A stretch of DNA of 64,000 bases, from contig NC_092678.1 of assembly GCF_964355755.1 (NCBI RefSeq), forward strand, positions 6,712,422 through 6,776,421, written 5' to 3'. Within the stretch, counting starts at the first letter, position 1, and every line of letters begins with the position of its first letter. The DNA comes from Antedon mediterranea. Lineage: Eukaryota; Animalia; Echinodermata. Under the pieces are notes generated by a model. That model was given only the letters and a program-made list of their open reading frames with translations. It had not been told where the DNA came from and did not search any database. The position numbers and the translations under genes were made by a program. Positions 37,212 to 50,755 of the stretch are shown here, piece by piece.

Positions 37212-39259
37212 ATGAATATTGGCACGATATATAGGCCTACAAAACTAATGTACAGTAAAATGTTTTCAACGAAAATCGTTCGGAGACGATTCTGGATCGT
37301 AGTAGGTCTACTAAGTACGGTCTTCCGGAGGTTTAAGTCTTGGTCAGAAGACGCTTTCCAGCCAATCGGATTTCGTACAGAGTCTGCAAAAAGGTTCGCA
37401 GTCCCTATTGTAAGTATACAGGCCTGTTGCTTGATTTTATAGTATGTAGCTGTAAATTATAGGCATATACAGACAGTAACTTTCAAAATCAAAAGTAGTT
37501 AGTGTAGTACGTATTATGATTAGTTGTTTCATGGAGTAAATGGTTGTTTACAGGTCATCAACAATTGAGGGCGCTCGCTATGGAAGGCAATCGGTGCATT
37601 AAAATGTTTTTTTTTTCAAGAAGTCGTTTGTCTCCGATCATATTAATCGCTGTTGTTTTCCCATAAATACAATAGACCATCTGCAGCCGTGCACATCTAT
37701 CCGTCTTGTAATTTAGACTTTAGTCCGCTCCCTGCCTCTCCCTCCAAATGTATGACACGCAATCTGTGCCAAAATCTTAATGTTAAGCTGAATCGCCGTC
37801 TAGAACCTAGACTAATCTAGACATGTCACTTTAAAAACATAAACAAATTCTTTCCTCTTTTTCAGTTCAATTGGCAGACACGAACGTATATTATTTATCG
37901 TTGTGCAATCGCTTTTTACCAACTGCTCTGGTTGTTGTTGGTCGTAATAAAATGGGTAACCAAGCCTCGTTACGAAGCTTTCGATACCAGATGGAAATGG
38001 TTCATCTACGTATCCAACTTAAGTTACTTGTGGCTAACCGTGTATTTCATTGTTGCTGCTTTTGCAGTAATTGCATATCACAAAGGTAAACAATAGATGA
38101 AGACTAAAAAGGGTTTATTGCTTGGTTCCCACTTAAGCAACAGTAAGCGCGCCGTAAATAATCAATCGACGACGTACGCGATGGATCATCTAAAGATTGA
38201 TTCCCACTAGCGACGCAACACAAGGACGTAACGCAGCACAAGTGATTTGACCAATCACAAGCGATGGATTATTCGAACAGTGGCTTGTCATTGGTCAACT
38301 CGCTTGTGTTAAGCGTACGTCCTTGCGTTGCGTCTCTAGTGGAAACCACGCTTAAACTGTCGCTTGTGATTGGTCAACTCACTTGCGTTGTGCTTATCCA
38401 TAGGCTAGGAACAAAGCTTTATGACTCCAGGGCCTTGCATGACTTTCTTGGAAAATCAAGATTTGTAACGATATAAATAATTACGTAGATGGCTAGAGGG
38501 ACTCTGCAGCAGAACTTCTCATGTTGTTATAAAGAACAATCATTGTGCGCATGCGGGGAAAGTGGGACGCGCTTCCTCGCTTTATTCTTTGGCGGGTTAT
38601 GCTCCAGACGACGACCGATGACACATCAATGCCTAGGTCTTACGTAGTCGGTTATACATCAAAAGATCCCTAATTCTAAACTATACTAGACCTTATTACT
38701 TAACAATACTGTTGTGTTTCCATTTATAGGGCCTACAGATGCATCAGATACAGTGGGTGACGTAGAACGCATCGAAGGTGGGCAATACAACACAAGGAGT
38801 ACAAGAAAACAACGCCTACCAATTTACTTTTCACTATCGTGGTTTTTACAAGTTATAGCCTACAGTACAGCCGTCGCAGTAACAATTCTTTACTGGACTC
38901 TAGACTACGACCCTGCAGAAGATATCATTAACGTTCATGGCGTTCACGTACACGGCATCAATGCAATGCTTGTTGTTATAGATTCTTTAATTGTTGCCAA
39001 TCCATATAGATATATTCATTTTATATACCCATCTTTGTATGCTTTAGTTTATTTTGGATTTACGGTGATCTACTGGGCAAAGGGCGGTCTTGATTCAAAT
39101 GGACATGTATATATTTATAAAGGTCATCTAGACTGGGGGAACAACTCTAAAACATCGTTATCTATAGCTGTTCTCACTGTTTGTGTTGGCGCTCCGTTTT
39201 TACATTGTTTATTTTGGATTCTCTTCAAAATGAAAGAGATCGTCTTTAAACCATATTGA
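37212..39259 (+). CDS. rost: Rolling stone-like multipass membrane protein B (3 exons, up to 315 aa)
   Basis: Exons 37212-37409 (start codon uncertain: 37212, 37248 or 37260), 37866-38085 (FNWQTRTYIIYRC...WKWFIYVSNLSY, not in the ORF track) and 38730-39259. Intron phases 0 and 1. Confidence 0.85.
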
Positions 39260-40227
39260 ATTTTTTTTTTTTCAAAACTTATTCATTTCATTTTGTTATA
39301 TGTATGTAAACTTATTGTTCTAATAAAAAAAAAAGGTTTTATACCCTAACTAGCATTACCTGCTGATTAACAGATTTCAACCTAGAAAACTTGTAAAATA
39401 TCATGTAAAATAAGAGTTGAAATTTTAATTAAATTTTTTAGTTTTAAATCCATTGGTACGCAAAGGATTGAGAAATTTAACGTAACATACATCTGGTAGG
39501 CTAAATTATAATTATAAATATGCAATATATGCTGTCAGTAAAATGCATTTTGGAAACAAAAAATAACTACAGAACATTTTTCATTTTTATACTTTTTAGA
39601 TACACTTGCAAGTCCTTTGTTATTTACGAATTCGACAGATAAACACTTTTTTAAATTATTACTAGAACATATTAAAAATAATTTTGAAAACGGTGGTATG
39701 TCCGTAGATTAAATATTTATATTAAATTAATATTACCACAGTGCAACAAATGCAGTCCTTGCAGTAGTAGGCGCATATTAAAAAAAATATAACGCATCTT
39801 TACCTTGATACACAAGGCACAAAAACATAAGACTAAAAAGTCGGCACTTTTATCGTTTCTTGTCGGTTTCAGCTTTTATAATTTTGTGAAGACGTCCTCT
39901 GGAAATTCCACATTTAATAGCCTTTTGATCAAGAGGTAATTTTTTATAAATCATTTAATAATTCACAATTCAGTAAATATTTGGTTTACGAACTTTTTAT
40001 ATAGCCCATGACCATCTCCGTTGTTAGGTGCAAGATTGGGACGAATTCTCACAGATATCCTCATCTTTATCGTTTCAAATTAATTAACTTAATTTCGGTA
40101 TGTCACCGGGCGGTTTATTTATTATGTGCCTGTGATGTTTATAGATTACCTTACTAATAATAATGTGATTTTTATATAACGCTTCATGCACAAAGCATTG
40201 AAGCGCTTCACATTATTATTCCCGTAA

Positions 40228-40320
40228 TTTTTAGCGACTGTACAGCTCACTATGTCGGTCGGTTAGTCGGTAAACACTAACTTGAGCACGCGACTGCAGC
40301 CATATATTATGGCCTTGTTG
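40228..40320 (+). mobile_element. Short Helentron-associated (HINE/DINE-1-like) element remnant
   Basis: TTTTAGCGACTGTACAGCTCACTAT, a (GTCG)n-like tract, CACGCGACT, then a 3' hairpin GCCATATATTATGGC and CTTGTT. This resembles HINE organisation. Confidence 0.45.
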
Positions 40321-41117
40321 AATCTCTAAACCCTAATTCTATAATAAATGTTGGGGGCCAAGAACCATTAATAATGTATCCAAATATATTTATCATGCTT
40401 GTAAATATTTATGATTTATGTTTTTATTAGAGAACGAAATTAATAAATATTTTTGTTAATTAAAATTTTTTGCTTACTTTTTAAAAATTAAGTTTAATGT
40501 AATGTTTTATCAAAAATTAGAGGTCAGTGGCCGCATTCACCAATATATTTACTTCAAGTGAAATATTTAAATATTAAGTATTTCACTTAAATTGTATTTA
40601 TTTAGATAGGAGATTTTTTTTTTAATTTTAAGGGTAAGCGTGTCCCTTAGTGTGAATGCTAAATAAAGCCACTGAGGCCTATAACGTTAATAAAGTCAGG
40701 CAATTCGCCTGAATGATCAAACACGAATGAAAATTTCATACTCCTATAATGTAGCCTCAGCGTAGTTGTGAACAGTTGCAAACATGATTTGTTTATCAGA
40801 TTAAAAAAAAATCATTATTGACAACACAATTTAAATGCATAAGTCAAATTGTAATAGCATGGACCTATGTTCATGGTAATATTAAGTAAGGTTTGAACCT
40901 CTTTGGAAAACTACAATAGCGGATTAATTTTAAAAAAAAGTGTCACGCTACTGGAAAGGCACGCAATGAACGACACAGTACACCAGTAGAAGAACATAAT
41001 TGGATGATTGGATGGATTTGCACCTCCATTGTAAGATGACAATAGTGTTGTCTGTTAATTATATTCCAGATATAAAAAAAACAGTGTTACACTGCGAGTG
41101 ACTTGGAAGGCCATGCA

Positions 41118-43441
41118 ATGGACGACCTTCCATCTAATTCAATACATAGGCTTGGTATTAAAGTTATTTTAATTCATTCCTATTTTTTGGTGAAGATAAG
41201 TGCTGTAAACACAGTCAGAACAGTTCGAAGGCTTGGGTGTTGTGCGGCCAAGAAAGGCTTTAGTCAAAAACATTGGTCAGAATGCGCAACTTACTTCCTT
41301 TCGGTTTGCGGATTTGGAGGGGTAACACCTGAAAGATTTGCTTTTTCAGCTGTAAGTATTACCTACCGACACACGAGTGTTTTCTTTTGCTTGAAGTAAT
41401 ATTTCCATGCATGGAAGCCGAGATAAATTATTGCCTCAGAAGAAAAGGACTGAATTGTCTTTTTGTTTTTCCATTAGATCGAAAAGCAAACTGAGCGTTT
41501 GCAAAACGTCGTAGTAAGTATATATTTCGTACTTTTCGATCTATTGGAAAAATTCACTCCTATATTATTACGATCCAAATGAAATTATTTCAAGATATCC
41601 TCAATCATCAAGATGTTATTTCATCTTTTAGATTCATTAACACATTTCAACGGTTTCAATTCAATCTTAATTTATTTTAAAGTTTAATTGTGACGGATTT
41701 CCTGGACTATACATTCTGTACCGGTGTATGATAGCGTTGTACCAATTTGTATGGACAGTATTAATTGTCAGAGAATGGGGAAATGAACCACACTACACTC
41801 CCTCTGATCAAAAATGGAAAATGCTTCTATTTCTTTCATATTGGAGTTATTTTGGACTGACAGGCTACTTCATGTTCGCAACTATCGCCGTCTCCGTGTA
41901 CCACTATACAAGTCATAATGCAGGTAGGCCTACACATTTGTTTTATTCGTATGATAGCATTCATCCTCAATTGAAGAAATTCGGATTAAGCCTAAAGGCC
42001 CATTAACACTAGGACGATAACGATGTAAATATAATATAAGCATGCATTTTGTTTACATAAAACAAAATAAATTAGAAAGGTTTTCGTTCTAGAACTATAG
42101 GGTAATCATTTAGGCCCCTATGCGGTATTTGATAAAAATAATATTTTTTAAAATTCCAATCAGATGACGTCCTGATAAATAAAAACAATAAAATCGTTGT
42201 ATTGTCACGATATTATTGGTCTTACTAATCATGACATCATTTGATTGGACGTGTGAAAATATCATTTTCATCATTTTCTATAGTTCTAGAATGAAAAGTT
42301 TTTATATTTCTTTTGTGTTATGTATGAAAATTGCATATTTATCTATTTATCGTCGATCGTTATCGTCCTAGTGTAAAATGGGCCTTAATGCCTGACAGCC
42401 ACAGTAGTACAGCGCCTAATGAATGGCAGGGGTTATAATAATGCATTACACCGAGGTAACCCCTACTCTTCCGAAAGATGGGTTCTTTAATGTGGACACT
42501 ACGAATGAGATGTGTACACTGTATACATACTTATCCGATAAAAACCTGTTCTACGATCAGAACTAAGGTCGAGAAGAGACTTATGCAACGGAGGTAGAAA
42601 TCAAAGTGACGGTCACCATCCGAACTACCGATAGTGATTGGTCAACTTACATGTACGCGGACGTGGGAATTTATCCAATTTGACTTGAACATACATAAGT
42701 TGTCTATTTTAAAATCTATGTCCGTATTAATAACTGAATCTCTTTTGTTCTGTGTTTTATTTGTTTTCTATGTTTTCTAACATGACAATACTGTAACTTA
42801 CGGTGAGAGTCAATAAAATAAATGTAAATAAATGTATATATTAAGGTTCAATGGTTTAGTCATAATGATCTTTACTATCTAATTTTTCCCCAGACGAGTC
42901 TGAAAAAACTATTACAATAGATGAAGTTATAACACTGAATGTTGTTGAAGAAGGCGATCGAAATAACATCAATATGAATAAAGGACTAACAGACAAACGG
43001 GATCTTCCAAACTACTTTTCATTCATGTGGTTCTTGCAAGTGATAGCTTACAGTACATCGGTCGGGGCCACCATTGTCTATTGGCTTCAAGAACGTCCTA
43101 ATCACATCTTTGGAGCCCATGTCCATGGCATCAACACCGTTCTTTGTAGCATAGACGCCATAGTTATTGCCAATCCGTATAGGTTTTGCCACGTCATCTA
43201 CACCTCCCTTTTCTGCCTGAGTTATATCTTATTTACAGTGATATTTTGGACATTCGGAGGCCTAAATCATAAGGGGTATAGATACATCTATAAAAATCAT
43301 CTCGATTGGGAAAACAACATTAGCGATTCTCTTCTTTTCACGTTTTTTATTACTTTCATAATAGCACCAATTTCAAATAGTTTCTTCTGGCTGTTGATCA
43401 AGATCAAGGAAAACGTTATTCAACAATGGATTAATGAATAG
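41118..43441 (+). CDS. rost: Rolling stone-like multipass membrane protein C (3 exons, about 340 aa)
   Basis: TATAAAA at 41071. Exons 41118-41351 (...CGFGGVTPERFAFSA), 41683-41923 and 42894-43441. Phases 0 and 1. HVHGIN and LDWEN motifs. Confidence 0.85.
41996..42385. mobile_element. PIF/Harbinger-type MITE family D copy in intron 2 of gene C
   Basis: TIRs AGGCCCATT-ACACTAGGACGATAACGAT with a TAA/TAA TSD. Confidence 0.85.
42395..42520 (-). mobile_element. Deu/Nin-domain-like SINE remnant
   Basis: The minus strand reads TAAAGAACCCATCTTTCGGAAGAGTAGGGGTTACCTCGGTGT, similar to the core at 26140-26175. Confidence 0.5.
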
Positions 43442-44743
43442 ATGGATACACATCGACGGTGTGATCAAACGATTTTCCAACGCGCTTGCCTATACTAAGC
43501 ACTTCTGCTAATCAAACAAATACTCTTTGAACACCATATCTCTAACCGCGGCTCTCTATAGAACTCTGCAAATCAACTGTTACATTTTTTTGGATCAAGA
43601 TCAATTATAAAACGTACCCATGTATAAATAAATTGTATGCGCAGTCTAATTTTTCTATTAAAATGTCTGCGTCGAGCATTAATTGACAACAACAAGATAT
43701 TGCTTAACAATTAGTTTTAATTTCATCGAAATCGGACTACCAAAAGTACACTTACTCTTTTAAATTTGAATTACCATATTGTTCCGGAAACCTCCGGAAA
43801 TTTAGAATTGCGTTAATCTATAGAATATTTAATTATACATTTTACCATGTATGTCTTTACCATGTGCAGTCGTGTGCAGTACAATAAACATGTTTTTAAT
43901 ATACGGCTAAGCAGTGTTTTTTTCATGAATCTCCTTAATTATCGATGTGATAATATTTATATTGTAGTGTATGGTGATTGGCTAGTGGTTATGACATCTC
44001 TACGTTTAACCACGCTTTATTGTGAATATAACATAGGGTGCATGCCATTGTTAAACATCTGGGAAATCAGCTATGCTTCTATTTAATAGCGAGCACAACT
44101 GCCTTAGGTTGGTAGCTAGTTCGATGAATTGATCCACAGTTTATATATAACAACGGTAGTTCAGTTATGCTGTTTGTCAGACGTTTTGCTGTATTGATTA
44201 AATATTTCAACATTTGGTAATAATTCGTACCTTGATAAGTGATATTTACCAGTAGGCCTAACTTAGACATAACTGACAAGTTGTATATCCACGCTGTGTG
44301 ATAGAAAAGATAATATAACATAATAGCGTGGGTAATTGCACAGACCCAGATATTTCGCATATCTCCCCACTTATAATCTAGTGTCTATCATAACACGTTG
44401 GAATGACTGGCCTACCTCATTTTAGTATACGCATGAACACCTTCACAGAAGAAAGGCAAATCATCATAACGTTTAATTTGGTGTTGTTTTTTTTTTAATC
44501 TAAGAGTATGAAACTGTTATGGCTCATTACCGAAACACCGGGCCGAAATACTGACTCGAAAAGGATTGAAATCCACGAGATTCTTACCTTTAATTTAATT
44601 TGTATCTGAACAAATGTATATTTAAAAATACATAACAATCAAGAGCTTAATTAGGTAGGCCTAAAAGGCATAATTAAAACCGCACTCACCCCAGATATAG
44701 ATAGAAAAAAGTGTTAGAAAGTATTATATTATAGAGAAATGTA

Positions 44744-46331
44744 ATGAACTCCGTTCCACCAAGTGTTTTTCTCCATTATATTGTTTTTAAGGATCAGTGC
44801 TGTAGGCTTAAACACAGTCACAACTGTTCGAAGAAGGCATGGAAGTTGTGCGACCAAGAAATGCTTCATTCAAACCATTTGGTCGGTTTGCGGATTTGGA
44901 GGGGTATCACCTGAAAGATTTTCCGTTTCAATAGTAAGTCAAATGTACGGTTTGACCTTTCATATTGAAAATGTGGAACACGGCAGGCCTGAATATTGCG
45001 CGGGTACCGGACTAAAATATATAGGCCTACTGAAGATTATTTTTAAGGCCAGGGAAGGTGTTAAGGCCTGATTGGATTTGCCCCAATGGCCCACTATAAT
45101 TATTGCCTAAAATACCGCGACAACCATGATTTATGAAACATTACCTACATTTCCATGTTGTTCAATATTTTATTTTCTCCTTTTCCGTTCCACAGTTTAA
45201 TTGTAACGGGTTTTCTGGACCATACATTCTGTACCGATGTATGGTGGCTTTGTACCAATTTGTATGGACAGTATTAATTGTCAGAGAATGGGGAAATGAA
45301 CCACACTACACTCCCACTGATCAAAAATGGAAAGTAGTTCTGTTCATATCATATTGGAGTTATTTTGTTCTGACTATGTACTTCACCTTCGCAGCAATAG
45401 CCGTCTTGGTGTATCACTACATACATAATGCAGGTAGGCCTATCCCTCATTTGGACCTGTAGTTCTGGCTTATTTACTACCCGGGTAAGTTGGTTTCTAC
45501 TCGGGTAAGTTGGTTTCTACCCGCCAAAGTTAGCAATAACCAACTGTGCCAAACCAAAACCATTACCCAAAAAACTTCGAATAGAAAGCTTGCGCATAAC
45601 ATTAATTAGGACGCACTTTGACTCCCACAATGCATTTCGAAATCGTGTTTTGACGAGCAGGCGATTCTTGTCTTGTAGGTTCTTTGTTTTAATCTATAAA
45701 TAATCTCACTTTTTAATTTTCCCTAGATAAGTCTAATAACATTACAGCAGACGTAGATATAAACGTGAAGATTATTTTAAAAGTTGTTGAAGAAAATGAG
45801 CGAAACAACAATATAAGTAAAGGACTAACATATAAACCGGAACTACCATACTACTTTTCTTTCGTGTGGCTCTTGCAAGTATTGGCTTATAGTACATCAA
45901 TCGGTGTCACTATTCTCTATTGGATTCAAGAACATTGCAATAACATTTTTGGAGCTCATGTCCATGGCATCAACGTCCTACTTTGTATCATAGACGCCAT
46001 AGTTATTGCTAATCCGTATAGGTTTTACCACTTCATCTACACCTCTCTTTTCTGCCTGAGTTACATCTTATTTACAGTGATATTTTGGACATTCGAAGGC
46101 CTAAATCATAAGGGGTATGCATACATCTATAAGAATTATCTGGATTGGGAAAACAACGTCAGATATTCTCTTCTTTCCACATGTTTTGTTTGTTTCATAG
46201 TGGCACCGATTTCACATAGTTTCGTTTGGTTGTTCATAAAGATCAAGGAAAACGTAATTCAAAGGAACTGTACCAGAAAAAAAATACTCGAAAAACAAAC
46301 GATAATTCATTTGATCATGGAGGAAACCTAG
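44744..46331 (+). CDS. rost: Rolling stone-like multipass membrane protein D (recent duplicate of C; start codon unresolved)
   Basis: Exon 1 ends at 44933 (...CGFGGVSPERFSVSI|GTAAGT), exon 2 is 45196-45433 and exon 3 is 45727-46331. The ATG homologous to gene C (44744) is out of frame. Confidence 0.8.
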
Positions 46332-47008
46332 ACCAATACAAGGAAGTTGTTAGATGACCAACATTAAGGGAAAACTGAAAAATTATAAAAGAGTATAGGC
46401 CTAAACTAACTGTACTTCTTTATGTGCAGGCCGCGCCAACATATCTTATTCAAATTATACGATTTGTTATATACGGTGGTTCAATGTCTCTAATACAATA
46501 ATCAATACTATCATATGATAATCAATAGTATACGATACCGTAATAAATAAACAAACGATAATCGATATATGAATGTTTTCTGACTTTGTGTTTGTGTGGT
46601 TATATAACTGTATGCATTTTTGTAATGAAGGTAAACACCCCAGTTTTCGATTTCGTCAATATTAACTTATTATTAAGAGTGTGAGAAATTGTGAAATAAA
46701 AATCTGTAGTACTTGTCAAGTAAAACATGCGCACACACGCGCATGTGTTCGCAAGCCTTAGATCAGGCGTTGCCAACCCCGAATGTAGAGGCCTAGCCAT
46801 ATACCGGTAGCGTAGGCCTATTTTCAAAAATTGGCGCAAGCGCAGTAAGGAATGAGGTTAACTCACCCGGCCATGCAATCAGTCGTGAGATAGAAAGGTA
46901 AACTTGTGATGTGATGTCAGTGATGTACAGACGAAATCTTACTTGCTGAATCGTCGGTAAACTTTGAAAAAATTCGTAGAAACAATCATTCTTCTATACT
47001 AAACAACG

Positions 47009-49448
47009 ATGCGGGGGTTGGAATGGTGGAATCGGTTCAATTTGGCGTTTCGTTACGGTAATCCGGTTAAATTCGTTAGTCCACAAGTAAGTCTAGGCCT
47101 AACTGAAAGTAAAATATATTTAACATGATATTATCATTGTATAGGCCTAATTAGATGGTGGAGTTTTCCACTTAATATTGTCCGTTTGTATACAAAATCA
47201 TCAAAATGTAAATAAATAAGTTGAAAATGTGTACGGACTATATCTGACCTAGTGAGGACAATATAACATCTAGGTGGGAATGATGGGTTGTAAACACACA
47301 CACAACTAATAAAATCTTAAATTATTTTCTTATACACCCAAGTTTCTTTTACGATTTGTCTTCGTATATATTAAGTGTAAAATTCCAAATATTTCATATT
47401 CCTACAAAGCAATTGTAAATCGTTATAATCTCAGAATCAAGAGCTAGGCTAATTTGTAATTGTACTAAATCGTTCAACTTGGTTATATAGCCACTAGCAT
47501 TATTAAAACCTAATCTTCATTTATTTTAAATACCGTACCGTAAAAAGATTGGGGCTATTTACTTTGTGATTCTTTACTTGAGGTGTATTAGACAATAACA
47601 TATTGTTTAAATTCATTATTTCCACCAATCCACAAGGTCAAATTTTTCTAATAAACTATTTTTTTAAAAGCTGATGTTTTCTGTAATAATTATGATATAG
47701 TACTTTTTTTGTACTTTTTAAAAAGTTGGTTTTATTAGGAAGGATATTTACAGCATTTTGTTTTAGTGAAACATTAGTGCATTCTTAAGCGTTGTCTATA
47801 CTATCTAACTAGTTGGACAAAAAAAGTGTGATTTGCCCAAATATGGTAGTGATATGACGTCATCTTTGTTTGTCGTACAAAGTTTGGTAGTGTAGACAGA
47901 GCCCAAGAAAAAATAGTAAACTGTGCTCAGAAAAGCAGAGCGAAAGAGGGCGTGTTATTTAATATGCCAACCCATGTTGAAGATACAGATAACTCGAGAT
48001 TTTAATAAGATTTTGTGACGCCACAATATATCAATTTTCCTGAAATGATCTTGGTATCTAGTTGCAAAAAACTTTGAAATTTGTTTGGTAACTCCCTGCT
48101 TCTTTTCTGTCCACACATAGATTTACGTCACTCTGTTATTTTTTAGTGTAACTGGTTCTTTCAACCGTTTTCATTCATCATCTATCGAATATGTCTCGCA
48201 ATCTATATGGTCACGTGGTTAGTATTAGTCATTCTATACTGGGGCGAGGAACCTTATTACCCGAAGGTTGATCGAAAATGGAAATTTATTATATATTTCT
48301 CAAACTTGACGTATGTGATGTTCACTGCTCACTTTGTCGTAGCTGCCTTTAATGCTGTTGTTTACCATTCGTATAGAAGATGTACAGGTTTGTATCAGAA
48401 CATTTTGATTTCTATTTTTTGGGGCTTAGCCTACCGTAGGCCTATAAGGTTCAAACCGGGGAATTAGAGTGTAATTTCACTCTTCCCAGGTTCAAACACC
48501 TTTCGGAACCCAGCACAATGTCGTAGCGAAACCCCCAGTTCGATTCTTGCGAGAAATTTGCTTCTTATATTTAGTTCTATTGTAAGTTAATATAAAATAT
48601 TTAAAAAGTCATCGCCTGTTTTGGAACGCCAAACCCGCAAAAGTCTACGCTTCCTGATGAAATGTATGCGTTATGGTCCCTGTAAGTCTAAAACAGTGCA
48701 TGTGCATCAGATGTGCTTATGGCAGCTTAAGGGTATTTTAAAATTGAAAAAAAATAATTTTTGCATTATATTGAATAATATAGTGACAATTTGCTTAGAA
48801 AGTCAAGCAGTAACATTACAAATTGCTTATACAGAATGTGTCACAACCCACGTAAGAATTAATTTTATTCTACTGCATTACATATTCACAGTTACGTCAA
48901 CAAAATGTGCTACAGAGAAACGAAAGACAAGTCCCAGTCCATGCCTACTACCTTGGTATCTTCGTTTACAATGGTTCCTTCAGACGATAGCGTATGGAGC
49001 AACACCGCCATTAGTGAGTGCGTACTGGCAGGAAGAACATCGTCTTGGTTTCGATGAATACAACTGGACTGCCTTCAACATGCACGTGCATGGCATAAAC
49101 TACCTAATATTACTGATCGATACGATTCTTGTTGCAACGCCGGTAAAATTTGCCCATTGTATCTACCTCTCAATGTACGGCTTTACCTATTTAATATTTA
49201 CCGCCGTTTATTTTATCGCTGGTGGCACGGACCCGTATGGTGAACAGTATATATACGCCCGCTGGATGAATTGGGCAGAAGATCCGTTGAGGGCGGCGGT
49301 GGCAAGTTTCTTTGGAATTGTCATCATTTTACCGTTGTCTCAGATTGTGTTTGTTATTATGACTTACATCCGGGCTTTCTTGAGCAATAAGCTTGGCTGT
49401 AACCCTCAGGTCGACAACGAATGTGCATGTGATAAAGATATGCTGTAA
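47009..49448 (+). CDS. rost: Rolling stone-like multipass membrane protein E (291 aa, 3 exons)
   Basis: Exons 47009-47086 (MRGLEWWNRFNLAFRYGNPVKFVSPQ), 48147-48387 and 48892-49448. Phases 0 and 1. Motifs WKFIIYFSNL, HVHGIN and GGTDPYGEQYIY. Confidence 0.87.
47788..47903. mobile_element. MITE family C copy in intron 1 of gene E
   Basis: TGTCTATACTATC...TGCCCAAATATGGTAGTGATATGAC...TAGTGTAGACAGAGC. Confidence 0.7.
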
Positions 49449-50564
49449 ATTAATGTTCTAAAAACCGGGTTTTAAAGTATCTATAATAAAATGTCAGACT
49501 ATTATCCTTGTTCTTAATTACAAGAGGTTTTAAAACCGTACAATTCATTTGAATAACTCCACATCATCACGTTTAATTGATTATGAATATCTTAAAAGCA
49601 CTGTCTACCTCGTGTCCGCTACCCACCCCTTCATCGAACTCTTTATAATACTCGCATATTATCATTAATTTATTGTGTCAATGTACCAGGATGATGAGGC
49701 TGCGGGAAGTCTATTGTTTTTTTATGTTAACAAACACATTCATTTGTTGCAAATATTTCAAATACGTTACATTACAGAGTGAGGCCGTGTATGATAAATT
49801 GTAAATAATATAAATATTAAGTGCAAAAGTACTTTATGTCGCTAAACATCAAAACATAATTTAGATAAAAATAATATAATAATTTATGACATACTAATTT
49901 CATAATTCAAGATAATTAACTTGAATATGACGCGTAAGGCGTGTCATACCATGGCGTTTCATACTTTGCTTTCTTTTGCACAATGCAATTCAATACAAAA
50001 CGAGAACGTTTTCAATAATTCTGCAGTCGTTACTACATAAAATCTGTCAAGGCCTAATTGTAGAAATTTGGCCCATGGGAATTCTTTTCCAGTCCCCAGT
50101 GATGTGTCCTTATAGTCCTACCCTTTAGGCCTAGGCCCAAATGTCTACTCCTAGTAACAATGTCGATACTAGTATTTTATGGTAGTAGGCCTACCCGTTC
50201 ATCAAAATTAGTCAAACGGTGGTAAAACGAGTCTTTCAGCTATATATTGTATTTTTTATTTAATCTGTAAACAATTATATTAAAGAATGTACTCTTATGA
50301 GGTAAACGTGACGTTTACACAAGCTCACCTATTATGATGTCACGGGCGTGTTAAAGATGATTGACACCAATCTACAAAACGTCACTGGTGGTAAGAATAT
50401 GTTTCAAATAGTAGGCCTACGGTACTATACGAAATTGATAAGTTGAAAGACCTTAACGCACGCTGTGACAAAACGCACAGAAGCAATTTTGTAACGCTTA
50501 CGGATTTTTCCGTCAACGAAAAATTATGTTCACTCAATGGTGGTACGTACGATCACACGCATTA

Positions 50565-50755
50565 AGGGCCTTTCACACCTGTTCCGGCACGGTTCCGGTC
50601 CGGCGAATCGAACGCCAATGTTTCGTTTTCACGACGCTCCACCCGACCAAGCACCAATCGATATGCGCGTAGCCGCGTAAAAACGAAACATTGACGTTCG
50701 ATTGGATTTGCCGTCGCCGGACCGGAACCGTGCCGGAGCAGGTGTGAAAGGCCCT
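50565..50755. mobile_element. PIF/Harbinger-type MITE family E
   Basis: Long TIRs AGGGCCTTTCACACCTG-TCCGGCACGGTTCCGGTCCGGCGA with a TTA/TTA TSD. Second copy at ~58370-58589. Confidence 0.9.

Noticed and set aside
48621-48891. N-terminal 90 aa of ORF 48621-49448
   Set aside because: It is intronic sequence upstream of the acceptor at 48891, with no similarity to the paralogs.
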